Of a DNA stretch of 39,037 nt, positions 1 through 8,987 are shown one piece after another. The position numbers and the translations under genes are program-made. The stretch lies in the IMG/VR virus record IMGVR_UViG_2529293063_000017; one strand, given 5' to 3'. Under the pieces are notes generated by a model. It was not told the origin of the DNA, did no database searches, and was given only the letters and a program-made list of their open reading frames with translations. Numbering within the stretch: position 1 is the stretch's first letter; each line of letters starts with the position of its first letter. This stretch comes from a virus. Lineage: Duplodnaviria; Heunggongvirae; Uroviricota; Caudoviricetes.

Positions 1-1005
1 TTAATCCCCCGTGGACACTGCGTGGACACTTACGCCACCTTTCAGCGGATTAAGGGCCACCGCATCCTGCAGGTAATCCGGTGCAAAATGCGCATATGCC
101 ATTGTTTGCTGAATGGTTGCGTGACCAAGAATCTTCTGAAGCGCAATAATGTTTCCTCCGTTCATCACAAAATGGCTGGCGAACGTATGCCGCAGCACAT
201 GTGCAGCCTGGCCTTTTGGTAAATCGGGCTTAACTCTTTTCAGCGCCAGGCAGAATTCCCGGTACTTCACCTCAAACAAGCTGCCTGTTTCTCTGGTTTT
301 GATCGCCTCACAAACTGCCTGCGAAATTGGCACTGTTCTCTTCCGGCCATTTTTGGTTTCAAGAAACGTTACACGGTTATGAACTATCTGTTCACCACGA
401 AGCTTACAAGCTTCACTCCAGCGCGCCCCTGTGCTTAAACACAAAAGCGCAACACGCCAGTAGTCGCCCTCCAGTGTATCGAGCAATAGCGCCACTTCCT
501 TCTGTGACAGGAACGCCATTTCTCGTGGAGATACATAAAGAATAGAAATTCCCCTTACTGGATGTTCTGCATCCCAAAGACCTATTTTTTTCAGCACGGT
601 AAACATTCCGGATAACCGATTCATGTACCTGTTAGCAGATGACGGTTTCAATCCTTCAGCTATCTTTTGAGAACGCCACGCGATAATTTTCAGCTTATCA
701 AGATCCACAGCCTGCATATCAGCGCCAAGCTCATTAATTATGTTGCGCAGTTGTTTTCGGTCTTCTTCCGCCTTACGCCTGTGCTGGCCGTGATACATCC
801 ACCACAACTCAAGCAAATCATTTAGCGTTCGACGATCACGGTAGCCCTGTATATATTCCCGCTTTTCAGCGTTCGCCATGATGTAGCGTTCAGTGGCCAC
901 CGCTACCGATTTTTTGTCAAATACCTTACGCACGCGCTTTCCCTTGCGTCCGTTCGGCCTGATGTCCAGCAAATAACGACCATCTTCGAGCTTCTTAATC
1001 GACAT
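1..1005 (-). CDS. int: Tyrosine-type phage integrase (P2 Int-like)
   Basis: 339-aa ORF track entry; ATG at 1005 gives MSIKKLEDGRY...; the C-terminal region has the tyrosine recombinase pattern (...HVLRHTFASHF...LGHATIQQTMAYAHF); position next to the C repressor as in P2. Confidence 0.9.
   Translation of the reverse strand: MSIKKLEDGRYLLDIRPNGRKGKRVRKVFDKKSVAVATERYIMANAEKREYIQGYRDRRTLNDLLELWWMYHGQHRRKAEEDRKQLRNIINELGADMQAVDLDKLKIIAWRSQKIAEGLKPSSANRYMNRLSGMFTVLKKIGLWDAEHPVRGISILYVSPREMAFLSQKEVALLLDTLEGDYWRVALLCLSTGARWSEACKLRGEQIVHNRVTFLETKNGRKRTVPISQAVCEAIKTRETGSLFEVKYREFCLALKRVKPDLPKGQAAHVLRHTFASHFVMNGGNIIALQKILGHATIQQTMAYAHFAPDYLQDAVALNPLKGGVSVHAVSTGD
11..35. repeat. Candidate attL core (direct repeat of 37857-37880)
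   Basis: gtggacactgcgtggacacttacgc; shares the 13-bp core cactgcgtggaca and flanking bases with 37857-37880; overlaps the int 3' end as expected for P2-type attP. Confidence 0.4.
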
Positions 1006-1101
1006 TACGAAGCCCTCCAATGAACCGCTCTACAATTTCTCCAGCCTCTTTCCAGCAATAATCAGACCAGACAAAAAGCAGGTCTAACCAGTTTTCTGGC
1101 C

Positions 1102-1422
1102 TCAGCGGGATAATTTTTGGATTGTTTCGGTTGAAACGCGATCTCCCTCCGAATTGCAGGAACCATCAAGAGAGAGAGCCGGAGAAATTTGCCCGACCTC
1201 CGGCATCGTTTCATCTGTTGATAACCAATAAGCATACTTCTTAAATTTAGGGTGTTTCGTAACCTTAAGTAAGGCACCCTCTGTTACTTGCTTCCCCCTC
1301 ACCTCATAGTTAGTTACCGTCCCATAAGGCAGCCCAACACAATCCGCAAACTCCTGGCGGGTCATACCTTCTGCTTCACGAATCAGGCGAAATTTTTCCC
1401 CCATGCTTGACAAAGATGCCAT
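1102..1422 (-). CDS. Immunity repressor, P2 C-like (HTH)
   Basis: Translation ...RQEFADCVGLPYGTVTNYE...KHPKFKKYAYWLSTDETMPEVGQISPALS resembles P2 C; divergent from cox. Start is ambiguous between ATGs at 1422, 1431 and 1440. Confidence 0.8.
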   Translation of the reverse strand: MASLSSMGEKFRLIREAEGMTRQEFADCVGLPYGTVTNYEVRGKQVTEGALLKVTKHPKFKKYAYWLSTDETMPEVGQISPALSLDGSCNSEGDRVSTETIQKLSR

Positions 1423-1535
1423 ATCGGGCATATCCTCCATCGCAACATGCCACATCGGGCACAAACATAAAAACACTCAAATAAGCCGATATAAGCCATT
1501 TTGAGCCATTCGAACGAATTAGGGAGATTACCACA
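1423..1535. promoter_or_regulatory. Divergent early promoter/operator region (Pc/Pe-type lysis-lysogeny switch)
   Basis: Intergenic region between divergently oriented C and cox, the arrangement that carries the face-to-face promoters in P2; individual -10/-35 boxes not resolved. Confidence 0.5.
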
Positions 1536-1823
1536 ATGAGCGAATCAGAGCTTGGGGGGTTCATTCAGGTAGCACCATATCCACTTGAAGCGGTGCCATA
1601 TCAACTATTCGCCAAGATGATCGGCCGCAAGGAATCCACAGTCAGAACCATGATTGACGCAGCAAAGCTACCGACAATTGACTTTGTGAAACCAGGTTCA
1701 GTAAAGACGCGTGCATCAGAAAACTGGGTATATCTGCCAGCATTTAACGAAGGCATGCGCAAAGCGTTTTTTGAGCAACCGAAAGAACGCCGCGACGCAT
1801 GGTTGTTGTGGCTGGGACTTTAG
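1536..1823 (+). CDS. cox: Cox-like excisionase / transcriptional regulator
   Basis: 95 aa; ...PYQLFAKMIGRKESTVRTMIDAAKLPTIDF...NWVYLPAFNEG...RRDAWLLWLGL resembles P2 Cox (...WVYLPAWNNG...WLMWLGL). Confidence 0.85.
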   Translation: MSESELGGFIQVAPYPLEAVPYQLFAKMIGRKESTVRTMIDAAKLPTIDFVKPGSVKTRASENWVYLPAFNEGMRKAFFEQPKERRDAWLLWLGL

Positions 1824-1829
1824 TCATAA

Positions 1830-2036
1830 ATGACCAGCCATATCATCAGCGCCATTCTGACCCTTGTTTTTATTGAGATAGGCGTAATAGAGATCTATTT
1901 GTTTCGCAAGTTAACGGGACATGAAGAACGCTTTATTGAACTCAGCATTGAATATATCGCCGCTTATACCAAAGGACTTTTCCCGGCAGCTATTGGGGCG
2001 ATGTTTATAGCGTTTGTTATCTGGTTTATCGGGTGA
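1830..2036 (+). CDS. Small hydrophobic early protein (two predicted TM segments), unknown function
   Basis: 68-aa ORF directly after cox; hydrophobic N- and C-terminal stretches. Confidence 0.5.
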   Translation: MTSHIISAILTLVFIEIGVIEIYLFRKLTGHEERFIELSIEYIAAYTKGLFPAAIGAMFIAFVIWFIG

Positions 2037-2288
2037 GAAACCTGACAACCCACAACTACTGCAATGAGGGTAATTATGTGTGGCATGGACAAATTGGACC
2101 TTATGTTAATTGTAATACTATCAATTAACTTCGGTTACCTCTTAAGCGGCGCAATTCTCATGTGCGGAGGCAAACGAAAATGAACCAGCAGTCCGCAAAA
2201 CGTGAAAACAATGCGATGCGATTTAATCGCAAATATTTTGAGTTCGGCCTCTATGCCGGAATAATTAAATCTGTACAGAGTCTTTAAC

Positions 2289-2630
2289 ATGAAACAGCAA
2301 CGTAATTCACGCTTTCGCAATGGTGCAGAACGCCACGCTAACCGTTTTGCTACCAGTGCATCACGCAGCAACATCCGCTACAGCCTGAGTGATACACACG
2401 CAACGCCGGATGGCTACCCAGTAAAACAAATCGGCGAGCATGCCTGGCTGATTGAGAAAGCTGGAATCGTGATCCACAAATGCCCACACAATCCGTTTAC
2501 CGGAAACCGCATTTTTGCTCTAAGCAGTGGCGACAATCAGTTCGGGCAGGATTTCACATTATACGAAGCACTTCGCACGGTTGATCGTCTGCTTCGCGGG
2601 CAAAGTTTTATTAAACAGGCTGATTTATAA
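2289..2630 (+). CDS. Hypothetical early-operon protein
   Basis: 113-aa ORF in the co-oriented early block; no family recognised. Confidence 0.55.
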   Translation: MKQQRNSRFRNGAERHANRFATSASRSNIRYSLSDTHATPDGYPVKQIGEHAWLIEKAGIVIHKCPHNPFTGNRIFALSSGDNQFGQDFTLYEALRTVDRLLRGQSFIKQADL

Positions 2631-2640
2631 CAGGTGCTTT

Positions 2641-2928
2641 ATGACCAAAGACCATGCACAAGGTGTATTTATCCGTTTTATTGATTTTCGCGGTGAACTG
2701 TTATTACGTGCATCCGCTATTGACGGAGTGACTCCGGCGGGTAAAAACGGAGCCGACGAAGCCACTTACGTTTATCTGAACGGCACGCGACTGCTTCTGG
2801 AACTTCCGTACCAGACCGTACGAGAAATCATTAGCGAAGCTGAAAAGGCACGCCAGGCTAATGGCGATGAACCCTATATCGAAATTATTTGTATGGATTC
2901 AGAAGCTGAAATACAGAAAGCAGATTAA
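2641..2928 (+). CDS. Hypothetical early-operon protein
   Basis: ATG at 2641 (MTKDHAQGVF...); about 95 aa; tightly packed with neighbours. Confidence 0.55.
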   Translation: MTKDHAQGVFIRFIDFRGELLLRASAIDGVTPAGKNGADEATYVYLNGTRLLLELPYQTVREIISEAEKARQANGDEPYIEIICMDSEAEIQKAD

Positions 2929-2936
2929 AGGGCGTT

Positions 2937-3182
2937 GTGATGGGCAAAGAATATAAAACTCTCATTAACAAAGCACTTGAGCGTTTTTATTTTCGCTTAA
3001 GTGCATCAGGCGCTCATGCTGAACGTGCGGCCCGTGACTCATTGACCAGAGCAATCCGAAGTCTGTATGACGTGGCTTTTTACGCTGATGATCTGGATGC
3101 ACTTAACGAACTTTCCGAGCTGATCTGTGCCGCAGAATGCGGGGAACATATTGAACCGTATAAGCTGGGGAATATCGCATGA
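2937..3182 (+). CDS. Hypothetical early-operon protein
   Basis: 81-aa ORF; its stop overlaps a downstream small ORF (ATGA). Confidence 0.55.
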   Translation: MMGKEYKTLINKALERFYFRLSASGAHAERAARDSLTRAIRSLYDVAFYADDLDALNELSELICAAECGEHIEPYKLGNIA

Positions 3183-3378
3183 GTATATTTATCTCATGGC
3201 TTGTTCTGATTATTTCGGTGGCCTGCGCTATTGGGATTATGCGAATTATTCATTCAATAAAAAAGATTGAACGTTTTTTCACTGGCGAATAACAGAGCAA
3301 ATAAAACCACAGATAAAATAAGAAAATGTAAAAACAATCCGCATTAGCGGAGGTATTCGCACACGCCAAGGAGGCGTA

Positions 3379-3582
3379 ATGGCAATTAAGCATTTTCCTG
3401 TCGTTCGTTTTACCTCCAGAGGGCGTGAATACGAAGTCGACGAACGCCTGATTACCACAATCGACAAACACCGTTCGGAAAAGGATGCACACCACATCTA
3501 CCTCACTGACGGCACTTACTTCTGCGCCACCAACGTGGCGCGGGTGAATCTTATCCGACAGGTACAGGAGCCACGCAGATGA
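3379..3582 (+). CDS. Hypothetical early-operon protein
   Basis: 67-aa ORF preceded by a strong RBS (aaggaggcgtaATG). Confidence 0.6.
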   Translation: MAIKHFPVVRFTSRGREYEVDERLITTIDKHRSEKDAHHIYLTDGTYFCATNVARVNLIRQVQEPRR

Positions 3583-3845
3583 CCATTCTGGACTACATCG
3601 CTACCCATCCGGGTTGTAGCGGCGGAGAAATCGCCGCAGCATTGAATACCCCAACCACAGCCATCAATGCTGAGTTACGCCGACTCTGGCGCGGCGGCTT
3701 AGTCATCAGAACAAACCGCAGCACAGGTGGTCGCGCTCGCAAAGCAGGAGGCCAAGCTTCTTACCACGTAAACCCGATGCCGTTCGGGTGTAGCAATCCA
3801 CTTACTCACATGTTTAACCAGCTACTGAAGGAAACCAGAGCATGA
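3579..3845 (+). CDS. Hypothetical protein, possibly winged-helix DNA-binding
   Basis: 88-aa ORF; start overlaps the previous stop (ATGA), i.e. translational coupling. Confidence 0.55.
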   Translation: MTILDYIATHPGCSGGEIAAALNTPTTAINAELRRLWRGGLVIRTNRSTGGRARKAGGQASYHVNPMPFGCSNPLTHMFNQLLKETRA

Positions 3846-4141
3846 GCACCATCAATCACCAGAAGCTACGCGAACTGGCATTTGCCCTGCAACGAATGGC
3901 AACGCCTCAAAAATTACTGGTATTTCGCGCAATGCTCTCGCCGTCTGCTGTGCTGGCACTGCTGGATGAGCTGGAGCACGCCAGAACCACGGCTCCTGCC
4001 ATTCGCCTGACGCTCCATCATGAAATCGCTGATTTCTGCGCGACGTTGAAGGCGCCAGGCGAACCGGAAACACCGGAAGCAATACAGCAAGAGCTGCTGC
4101 AACGCATTGACAAGGTTTTTGATTTTTTTCTGAACCAGTAA
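3842..4141 (+). CDS. Hypothetical early-operon protein
   Basis: 99-aa ORF; start overlaps the previous stop. Confidence 0.55.
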   Translation: MSTINHQKLRELAFALQRMATPQKLLVFRAMLSPSAVLALLDELEHARTTAPAIRLTLHHEIADFCATLKAPGEPETPEAIQQELLQRIDKVFDFFLNQ

Positions 4142-4766
4142 GAAACCAGAACATGCACACACAAAAAAACCGCTTGCCATGCCGCAATCAGTCAGGTTAC
4201 ATTTCCGCTGCACCTCACAAAACGGGTGTCGGGTTTCGCAGCCTGCTGACTACACAAGCGCACAACCGCGCCAGCGGTTTTTTTGTGCGTACTGTATTGC
4301 CACGTTTTTTTCGCGTCAGAATTATGGCGGGGCGTACGGGGCCGACTTCGGTCGGGCCGGGTTCTTGTGTAGCCGGTACTGCGAACCTCGTACGTCTCGC
4401 CACCCACAGTTTCGCAGCTCTGGATGGTGAGTTTTCACAACTTACTACACAAGGGGCCACACCATGGCAAACCGCAAACCACACCGCGCTATCGCGGAGC
4501 GTCGTCACATCCAGACTGAAATCAACCGCAGACTTTCCCGCGCATCACGCGTCGCGCAAATCATGCACATCAATATGCTGCATGAGCGCAGCCACGCACT
4601 ATCAAACATTTATTCCGCCTCTGTTTTCAGCTATCTGGCGGATGATCTGCACTAGCTTCAACAGCTCATCCAGCAGCAAAACAAACTCCATTAATTCCTG
4701 TTCCGGGCCTTTCCTGCACCTTGCGGCGGGAGGCCTTCGCACATCTGTAACAAGAGGATTGCCGCA

Positions 4767-5132
4767 ATGATTCTCGCCAACGACTTTCTTGAATACCTGC
4801 TCAACACAGAACGTGATCTTGCCGCTCGCGTGCGTGATCGTTATGACATGTACCTGAAATCCCTGCCTGTACCGCAGCTCGCTGACGGAAAGATTGTTAT
4901 TGATGGTCGCTACATGATTGACAGCCACGAGGGAAATTACAGGCTTTACCGCATTGAAGGTGGCACCCCGTCCGTTATTGGCATTTACCAGCGCCCATCC
5001 TCTGCAATCGTCGATGTGATTGCCGACAGCATCCGCATCACACATCGCCATGCCGACACAGAAGACACCGTGCTGGAAATTCAGCGGCTGGCTACAGTCT
5101 GCCGCGACACCCTGAATGGCATGTCGAAGTAA
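4767..5132 (+). CDS. Hypothetical protein immediately upstream of replication gene A
   Basis: 121-aa ORF with RBS (aagaggattgccgcaATG); ends 6 bp before the A start. Confidence 0.6.
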   Translation: MILANDFLEYLLNTERDLAARVRDRYDMYLKSLPVPQLADGKIVIDGRYMIDSHEGNYRLYRIEGGTPSVIGIYQRPSSAIVDVIADSIRITHRHADTEDTVLEIQRLATVCRDTLNGMSK

Positions 5133-5138
5133 ATCACT

Positions 5139-7946
5139 ATGACGGCAGAGTACATCAGGGACTGGCAACAACCGCGCCACGCAGTGGGGCGTGAAGGAAC
5201 GGGGATCCCCGCTCCTGAATCCGCGCTTTCCTCCTGGCTGGATGCCTACCGGGTAGAGAACGAGCGCTGCCAGGAAATGGCTGATGCGGCGTTCTCCGCA
5301 ACGCCGCTGGGCAACCTGATTAATAAAAGCCTGGACGCACAGGAAAAACAGGACAAAACCATCACACTGGCAGGAGACGCCAGAAAACAGGCACGCGGCG
5401 CGGTGGATGAAGCCATGGCTTCGCTGCGCCTGCTGCCGTCCTATCTGCGCGATCCGCTTATTCGCCACCTCTCCTTCCTGCGCAAAAAACAGGAAGCCGA
5501 TCGTCAGAAAGGCAAAAAGAGCTGGCAGGCTGAACGCTACGCGCGCGGAAACCTGCGCAAAATATTCGAACGTCTGGAGCGCACCGATCACCGCTGGCTG
5601 ACACAGGGTTATCGCTCCCTTGCCGGACGCGAACGCCTGGATGATTTGCTTTACCTGCCGCAGCTCAACCAGCACCAGATACAGACGCTGGCCACCATGA
5701 CGGCGGCGATGTTCAGCAGCACCTTCGAAAAACTCTGCGATGGCTTTGGCGCGACCGATGGCGAACTGACCATGGATGTAACGCTGAAGGCGTATCAGAT
5801 GCTGGCCCGCATGGCGTTACACCTGCACGCCATGCCGCCACATTACGAAGCTCTGAACAAGAGCGATCCGGATACGGAACTGTTACCGGGCGCAATCCTT
5901 CGCCTGACCTGTGCGGAATGGTGGAAACGCAAACTGTGGCTGTTACGTTGCGAGTGGCGGGAAGAACAACTCCGCGCCGCCTGTCTGGTTTCCAGAAAAA
6001 CATCGCCCTATCTGAGCCAGGACGCGTTAAGCGAGTTTCGCGCACAGCGCGAGAAAACACGCGATTTCCTGAAAAGTTTCATGCTGGAAAACGAAGACGG
6101 GTTCACGATTGATCTCGAGACAGTGTATTACGCGGGAGTAAGTAACCCGGTTCACCGTAAGGCAGAAATGATGGCCACCATGAAGGGGCTGGAACTTCTG
6201 GCCGAAGCCCGTGGCGACAAAGCGGTGTTTCTGACCATCACCTGCCCGTCAAAATACCACGCCACAACAGAGAACGGTCATCCGAATCCCAAATGGAACG
6301 GGGCCACCATGCGCGACTCCAGCGATTACCTGGTTAACACGTTTTTTGCGGCGGTCCGCAAGAAACTGAACCGCGACGGCCTGCGCTGGTATGGCATCCG
6401 CACGGTGGAGCCTCACCATGACGGCACCGTGCACTGGCATATGATGGTCTTTGCTCATCCGGAAGAAATCGACACCATTGTGTCCCACACCCGCGATATT
6501 GCCATTCAGGAAGATCGTCACGAGCTGGGTGATGATATTACCCCACGCTTTAAGGCGGAGTACGTCGACGGCTCAAAAGGCACGCCAACCAGCTACATCG
6601 CCACCTACATCGGAAAGAACCTGGACAGCCGCGCCGTAGATGGCATCGACCCGAAAACGGGCAAGCCACGCGTTGACCACGAAACCGGAAAATCAATGGC
6701 CGAGAGCGTGGAACGCGCCATCGGCTGGGCGCGCCTTCACCGTGTCCGCCAGTTCCAGTTCTTTGGTATCCCCTCCCGTCAGGTGTGGCGTGAACTCCGC
6801 CGCCTTGCCAGCCAGATGGCACGCAACCCGGAAGGCCCGCAACGGCTGAAGGATGACGCAATGGATGCGGTACTCGCTGCCGCTGATGCCGGATGTTTTG
6901 CCACCTACATAGAGAAACAGGGCGGCGTACTTGTTCCACGCCAAGACTACCTGATTCGCACCGCCTACGACCTCGCAGATGAGCTGAACGATTACGGCGA
7001 ACAGAGCGTACAGATTTACGGGATCTGGTCGCCGCTCATCGGGGAGTCTTCCCGCGTATGCACGCATCCGGATAACTGGAAGCTGGTAAGACGCAAACCG
7101 GAAGCGGAAGACAGCTCCCACGAAAATGGTTTTGACCTTCAGGGCGGCCCTGCCGCCCCTTGGACTCGTGGCAATAACTGTCCCCGTGTACAGGAAACGG
7201 ACAACAACGGGACAGAACAGCCGGAAGAACGGCCAGCACCGTGGCCGCAGCTTCCTGACGGCGTTGACGTGAATGAATGGATGCGCTCACTGAAACGGCA
7301 CGAACGCCGGGCGCTGATGCGTTCGCTGCGTGACAAACAGGCAAAAAACAGCAGTGATGAAATGCAGAACTGGACACAGAGCCGCAAACAGCCACAGCCT
7401 TTGCCTGATAACCACGAGTTACTCGCTAAAGAATGGCGGGAGTCTGCTGAATCTCTCGGCCTGCATATCGGTGAACAGCAGATGCAGCACCTGTTACGGG
7501 GCGGCAGTCTGTACGTTGACGGCAGCATCATTGCACCGCAGGGATTTGAAATTGTACGCAAACCGGATACCCGCCCGGACAGCCGAATCACGCAGCTCTG
7601 GCAACGCCTGAGTCGTAATCACGGCGTAAGCAGCACGGAGATCCGCCATAACCCGGTCGCCAGCTATCTGGAACAACTAGAGGCATCAGACCCTGAAGCC
7701 GCCGCACGCCTGGCATCCACACTTCAGCAAGACCAGAACACCATGAAAACACCAGTTACCGTACTTTCTGACATGCTGCGCGCCATCCGCGACGCAGAGC
7801 ACGCACAGAGAATCAGTGAAACCACTGAACGCGCCCGCCGCAAAGCAGACCTGCTGCGGGGTGGCCTGAGCAGTGGAAACAAAAAACAGACAAAAACGGG
7901 ATTCACAAATCCCGTAAATGAGCAAAAAACGCGCCGCGATATATGA
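5139..7946 (+). CDS. A: Replication initiation endonuclease (P2 gpA-like, rolling-circle)
   Basis: 935 aa; contains a ...VHWHMMVFAH... histidine motif and ...SYIATYIGKN... paired-tyrosine motif typical of gpA-family initiators; the C-terminal part is longer than I recall for P2 gpA. Confidence 0.9.
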   Translation: MTAEYIRDWQQPRHAVGREGTGIPAPESALSSWLDAYRVENERCQEMADAAFSATPLGNLINKSLDAQEKQDKTITLAGDARKQARGAVDEAMASLRLLPSYLRDPLIRHLSFLRKKQEADRQKGKKSWQAERYARGNLRKIFERLERTDHRWLTQGYRSLAGRERLDDLLYLPQLNQHQIQTLATMTAAMFSSTFEKLCDGFGATDGELTMDVTLKAYQMLARMALHLHAMPPHYEALNKSDPDTELLPGAILRLTCAEWWKRKLWLLRCEWREEQLRAACLVSRKTSPYLSQDALSEFRAQREKTRDFLKSFMLENEDGFTIDLETVYYAGVSNPVHRKAEMMATMKGLELLAEARGDKAVFLTITCPSKYHATTENGHPNPKWNGATMRDSSDYLVNTFFAAVRKKLNRDGLRWYGIRTVEPHHDGTVHWHMMVFAHPEEIDTIVSHTRDIAIQEDRHELGDDITPRFKAEYVDGSKGTPTSYIATYIGKNLDSRAVDGIDPKTGKPRVDHETGKSMAESVERAIGWARLHRVRQFQFFGIPSRQVWRELRRLASQMARNPEGPQRLKDDAMDAVLAAADAGCFATYIEKQGGVLVPRQDYLIRTAYDLADELNDYGEQSVQIYGIWSPLIGESSRVCTHPDNWKLVRRKPEAEDSSHENGFDLQGGPAAPWTRGNNCPRVQETDNNGTEQPEERPAPWPQLPDGVDVNEWMRSLKRHERRALMRSLRDKQAKNSSDEMQNWTQSRKQPQPLPDNHELLAKEWRESAESLGLHIGEQQMQHLLRGGSLYVDGSIIAPQGFEIVRKPDTRPDSRITQLWQRLSRNHGVSSTEIRHNPVASYLEQLEASDPEAAARLASTLQQDQNTMKTPVTVLSDMLRAIRDAEHAQRISETTERARRKADLLRGGLSSGNKKQTKTGFTNPVNEQKTRRDI

Positions 7947-7992
7947 AGCGCGCACAAAACAGGCGAAAACGGGATTTAAAAATCCCGTAAAC
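7893..7992. repeat. Two 26-bp direct repeats, each an 8-bp perfect palindrome with 4-bp spacer; candidate operator/centromere (parC-like)
   Basis: 7893-7918 aaaacgggattcacaaatcccgtaaa and 7967-7992 aaaacgggatttaaaaatcccgtaaa (24/26 identical); the first lies in the last codons of A, the second in the intergenic region just upstream of the parM-like gene. Confidence 0.5.
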
Positions 7993-8022
7993 GATTAATT
8001 AATCAACATAAGGAAAAGCTAC

Positions 8023-8982
8023 ATGAAAATTTGTATCGACGACGGCTCCACCAACATCAAGCTGGCATGGACTGAGAACGGCGAATGCCGCAACGCCATC
8101 AGCCCGAACAGCTTCAAGTCGGAATGGTCTGCGCCGTTCGGTGTCACGCAGCCCGCGAACTACATGCTTGATGGCGTGCGCTATGGTTTTGATCCGGTCA
8201 GCGATCGCTTTGTCCAGACGACCGACACGCAATACCAGTACAGCGATGTGAATGTCATTGCCATTCATCACGCGCTGGTCAAATCAGGCATCACGCCACA
8301 GGAAGTGGATGTGGTTGTCACCCTGCCACTGAGCGAGTATTTCGACACAAACGCACAGCCGGATATGACCAACATCAACCGCAAAAAAGCGAACGTCATG
8401 CGCCCGGTGGAGTACCAGAACGGTGAGGCATTCACTATCCGTAACGTGCGGGTTATGCCTGAATCCATTCCGGCTGGCTTTAAGGCACTGGCTAACATGA
8501 GTCCGTTTGAATCCCTGCTGATTGTGGATTTAGGCGGAACCACGCTGGATGTGGCAAAGGTTCAGGGGCAACTGGCAGGTATCAGCCAGGTGTTTTGCGA
8601 TCCACACGTAGGCGTTTCTCTGATGGCCGATGCCGTACTGTCGGTGATGGCCACTAACGGTATGCGCACCAGTCACCACATCGCCAATACCATTATCGAA
8701 CATCGCCATGATGAAGCCTGGCTGCGCCAGCACATCCACAATGACGCGCATTACGCCAGCCTGATGGCGGTTATTCGTGAAAAGGAAGAAACACTGAAAC
8801 AACGCGTGATCCGCGCGCTGGCGGTTTTTTCGGGTTACGGGCGGGTGATGGTTGTCGGTGGCGGGGCGGAGATTGTGGCACCCGCTATCCGCGAAGCCTG
8901 CGGAGTTAATGCGACTTTCATCGCGGACGGGGTGCCACAGTTTGCTCTGGTTAATGGGCTGTACGCAATGGACAAGGAGTAA
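8023..8982 (+). CDS. parM: ParM/StbA-like actin-type segregation ATPase
   Basis: 319 aa; N-terminus MKICIDDGSTNIKLAW...ISPNSFKSEW...QYSDVNVIAIHHAL closely matches the plasmid R1 ParM N-terminal region as I recall it. Confidence 0.8.
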   Translation: MKICIDDGSTNIKLAWTENGECRNAISPNSFKSEWSAPFGVTQPANYMLDGVRYGFDPVSDRFVQTTDTQYQYSDVNVIAIHHALVKSGITPQEVDVVVTLPLSEYFDTNAQPDMTNINRKKANVMRPVEYQNGEAFTIRNVRVMPESIPAGFKALANMSPFESLLIVDLGGTTLDVAKVQGQLAGISQVFCDPHVGVSLMADAVLSVMATNGMRTSHHIANTIIEHRHDEAWLRQHIHNDAHYASLMAVIREKEETLKQRVIRALAVFSGYGRVMVVGGGAEIVAPAIREACGVNATFIADGVPQFALVNGLYAMDKE

Positions 8983-8987
8983 ACCAA

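Noticed and set aside
4142-4766. Possible retron (msr/msd) in the structured early-region gap
   Set aside because: No reverse-transcriptase gene is present nearby; the only large adjacent ORF is an antisense artefact. Kept only as a generic ncRNA or cis-element candidate.
4153-4770. 205-aa plus-strand ORF
   Set aside because: Low-complexity, Ser/Thr/Arg-rich translation with no start context; coincides with hairpins and repeats, so more likely non-coding.
4602-5675. 357-aa minus-strand ORF spanning the 4767-5132 gene and the start of A
   Set aside because: Antisense to two well-supported plus-strand genes; translation is Cys/Arg-rich with no recognisable domain; typical shadow ORF in GC-rich coding DNA.
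6550-7591. Several 120-150-aa minus-strand ORFs inside replication gene A
   Set aside because: Overlapping antisense frames in a long GC-rich gene; no start or RBS context; the A frame is continuous and motif-bearing.
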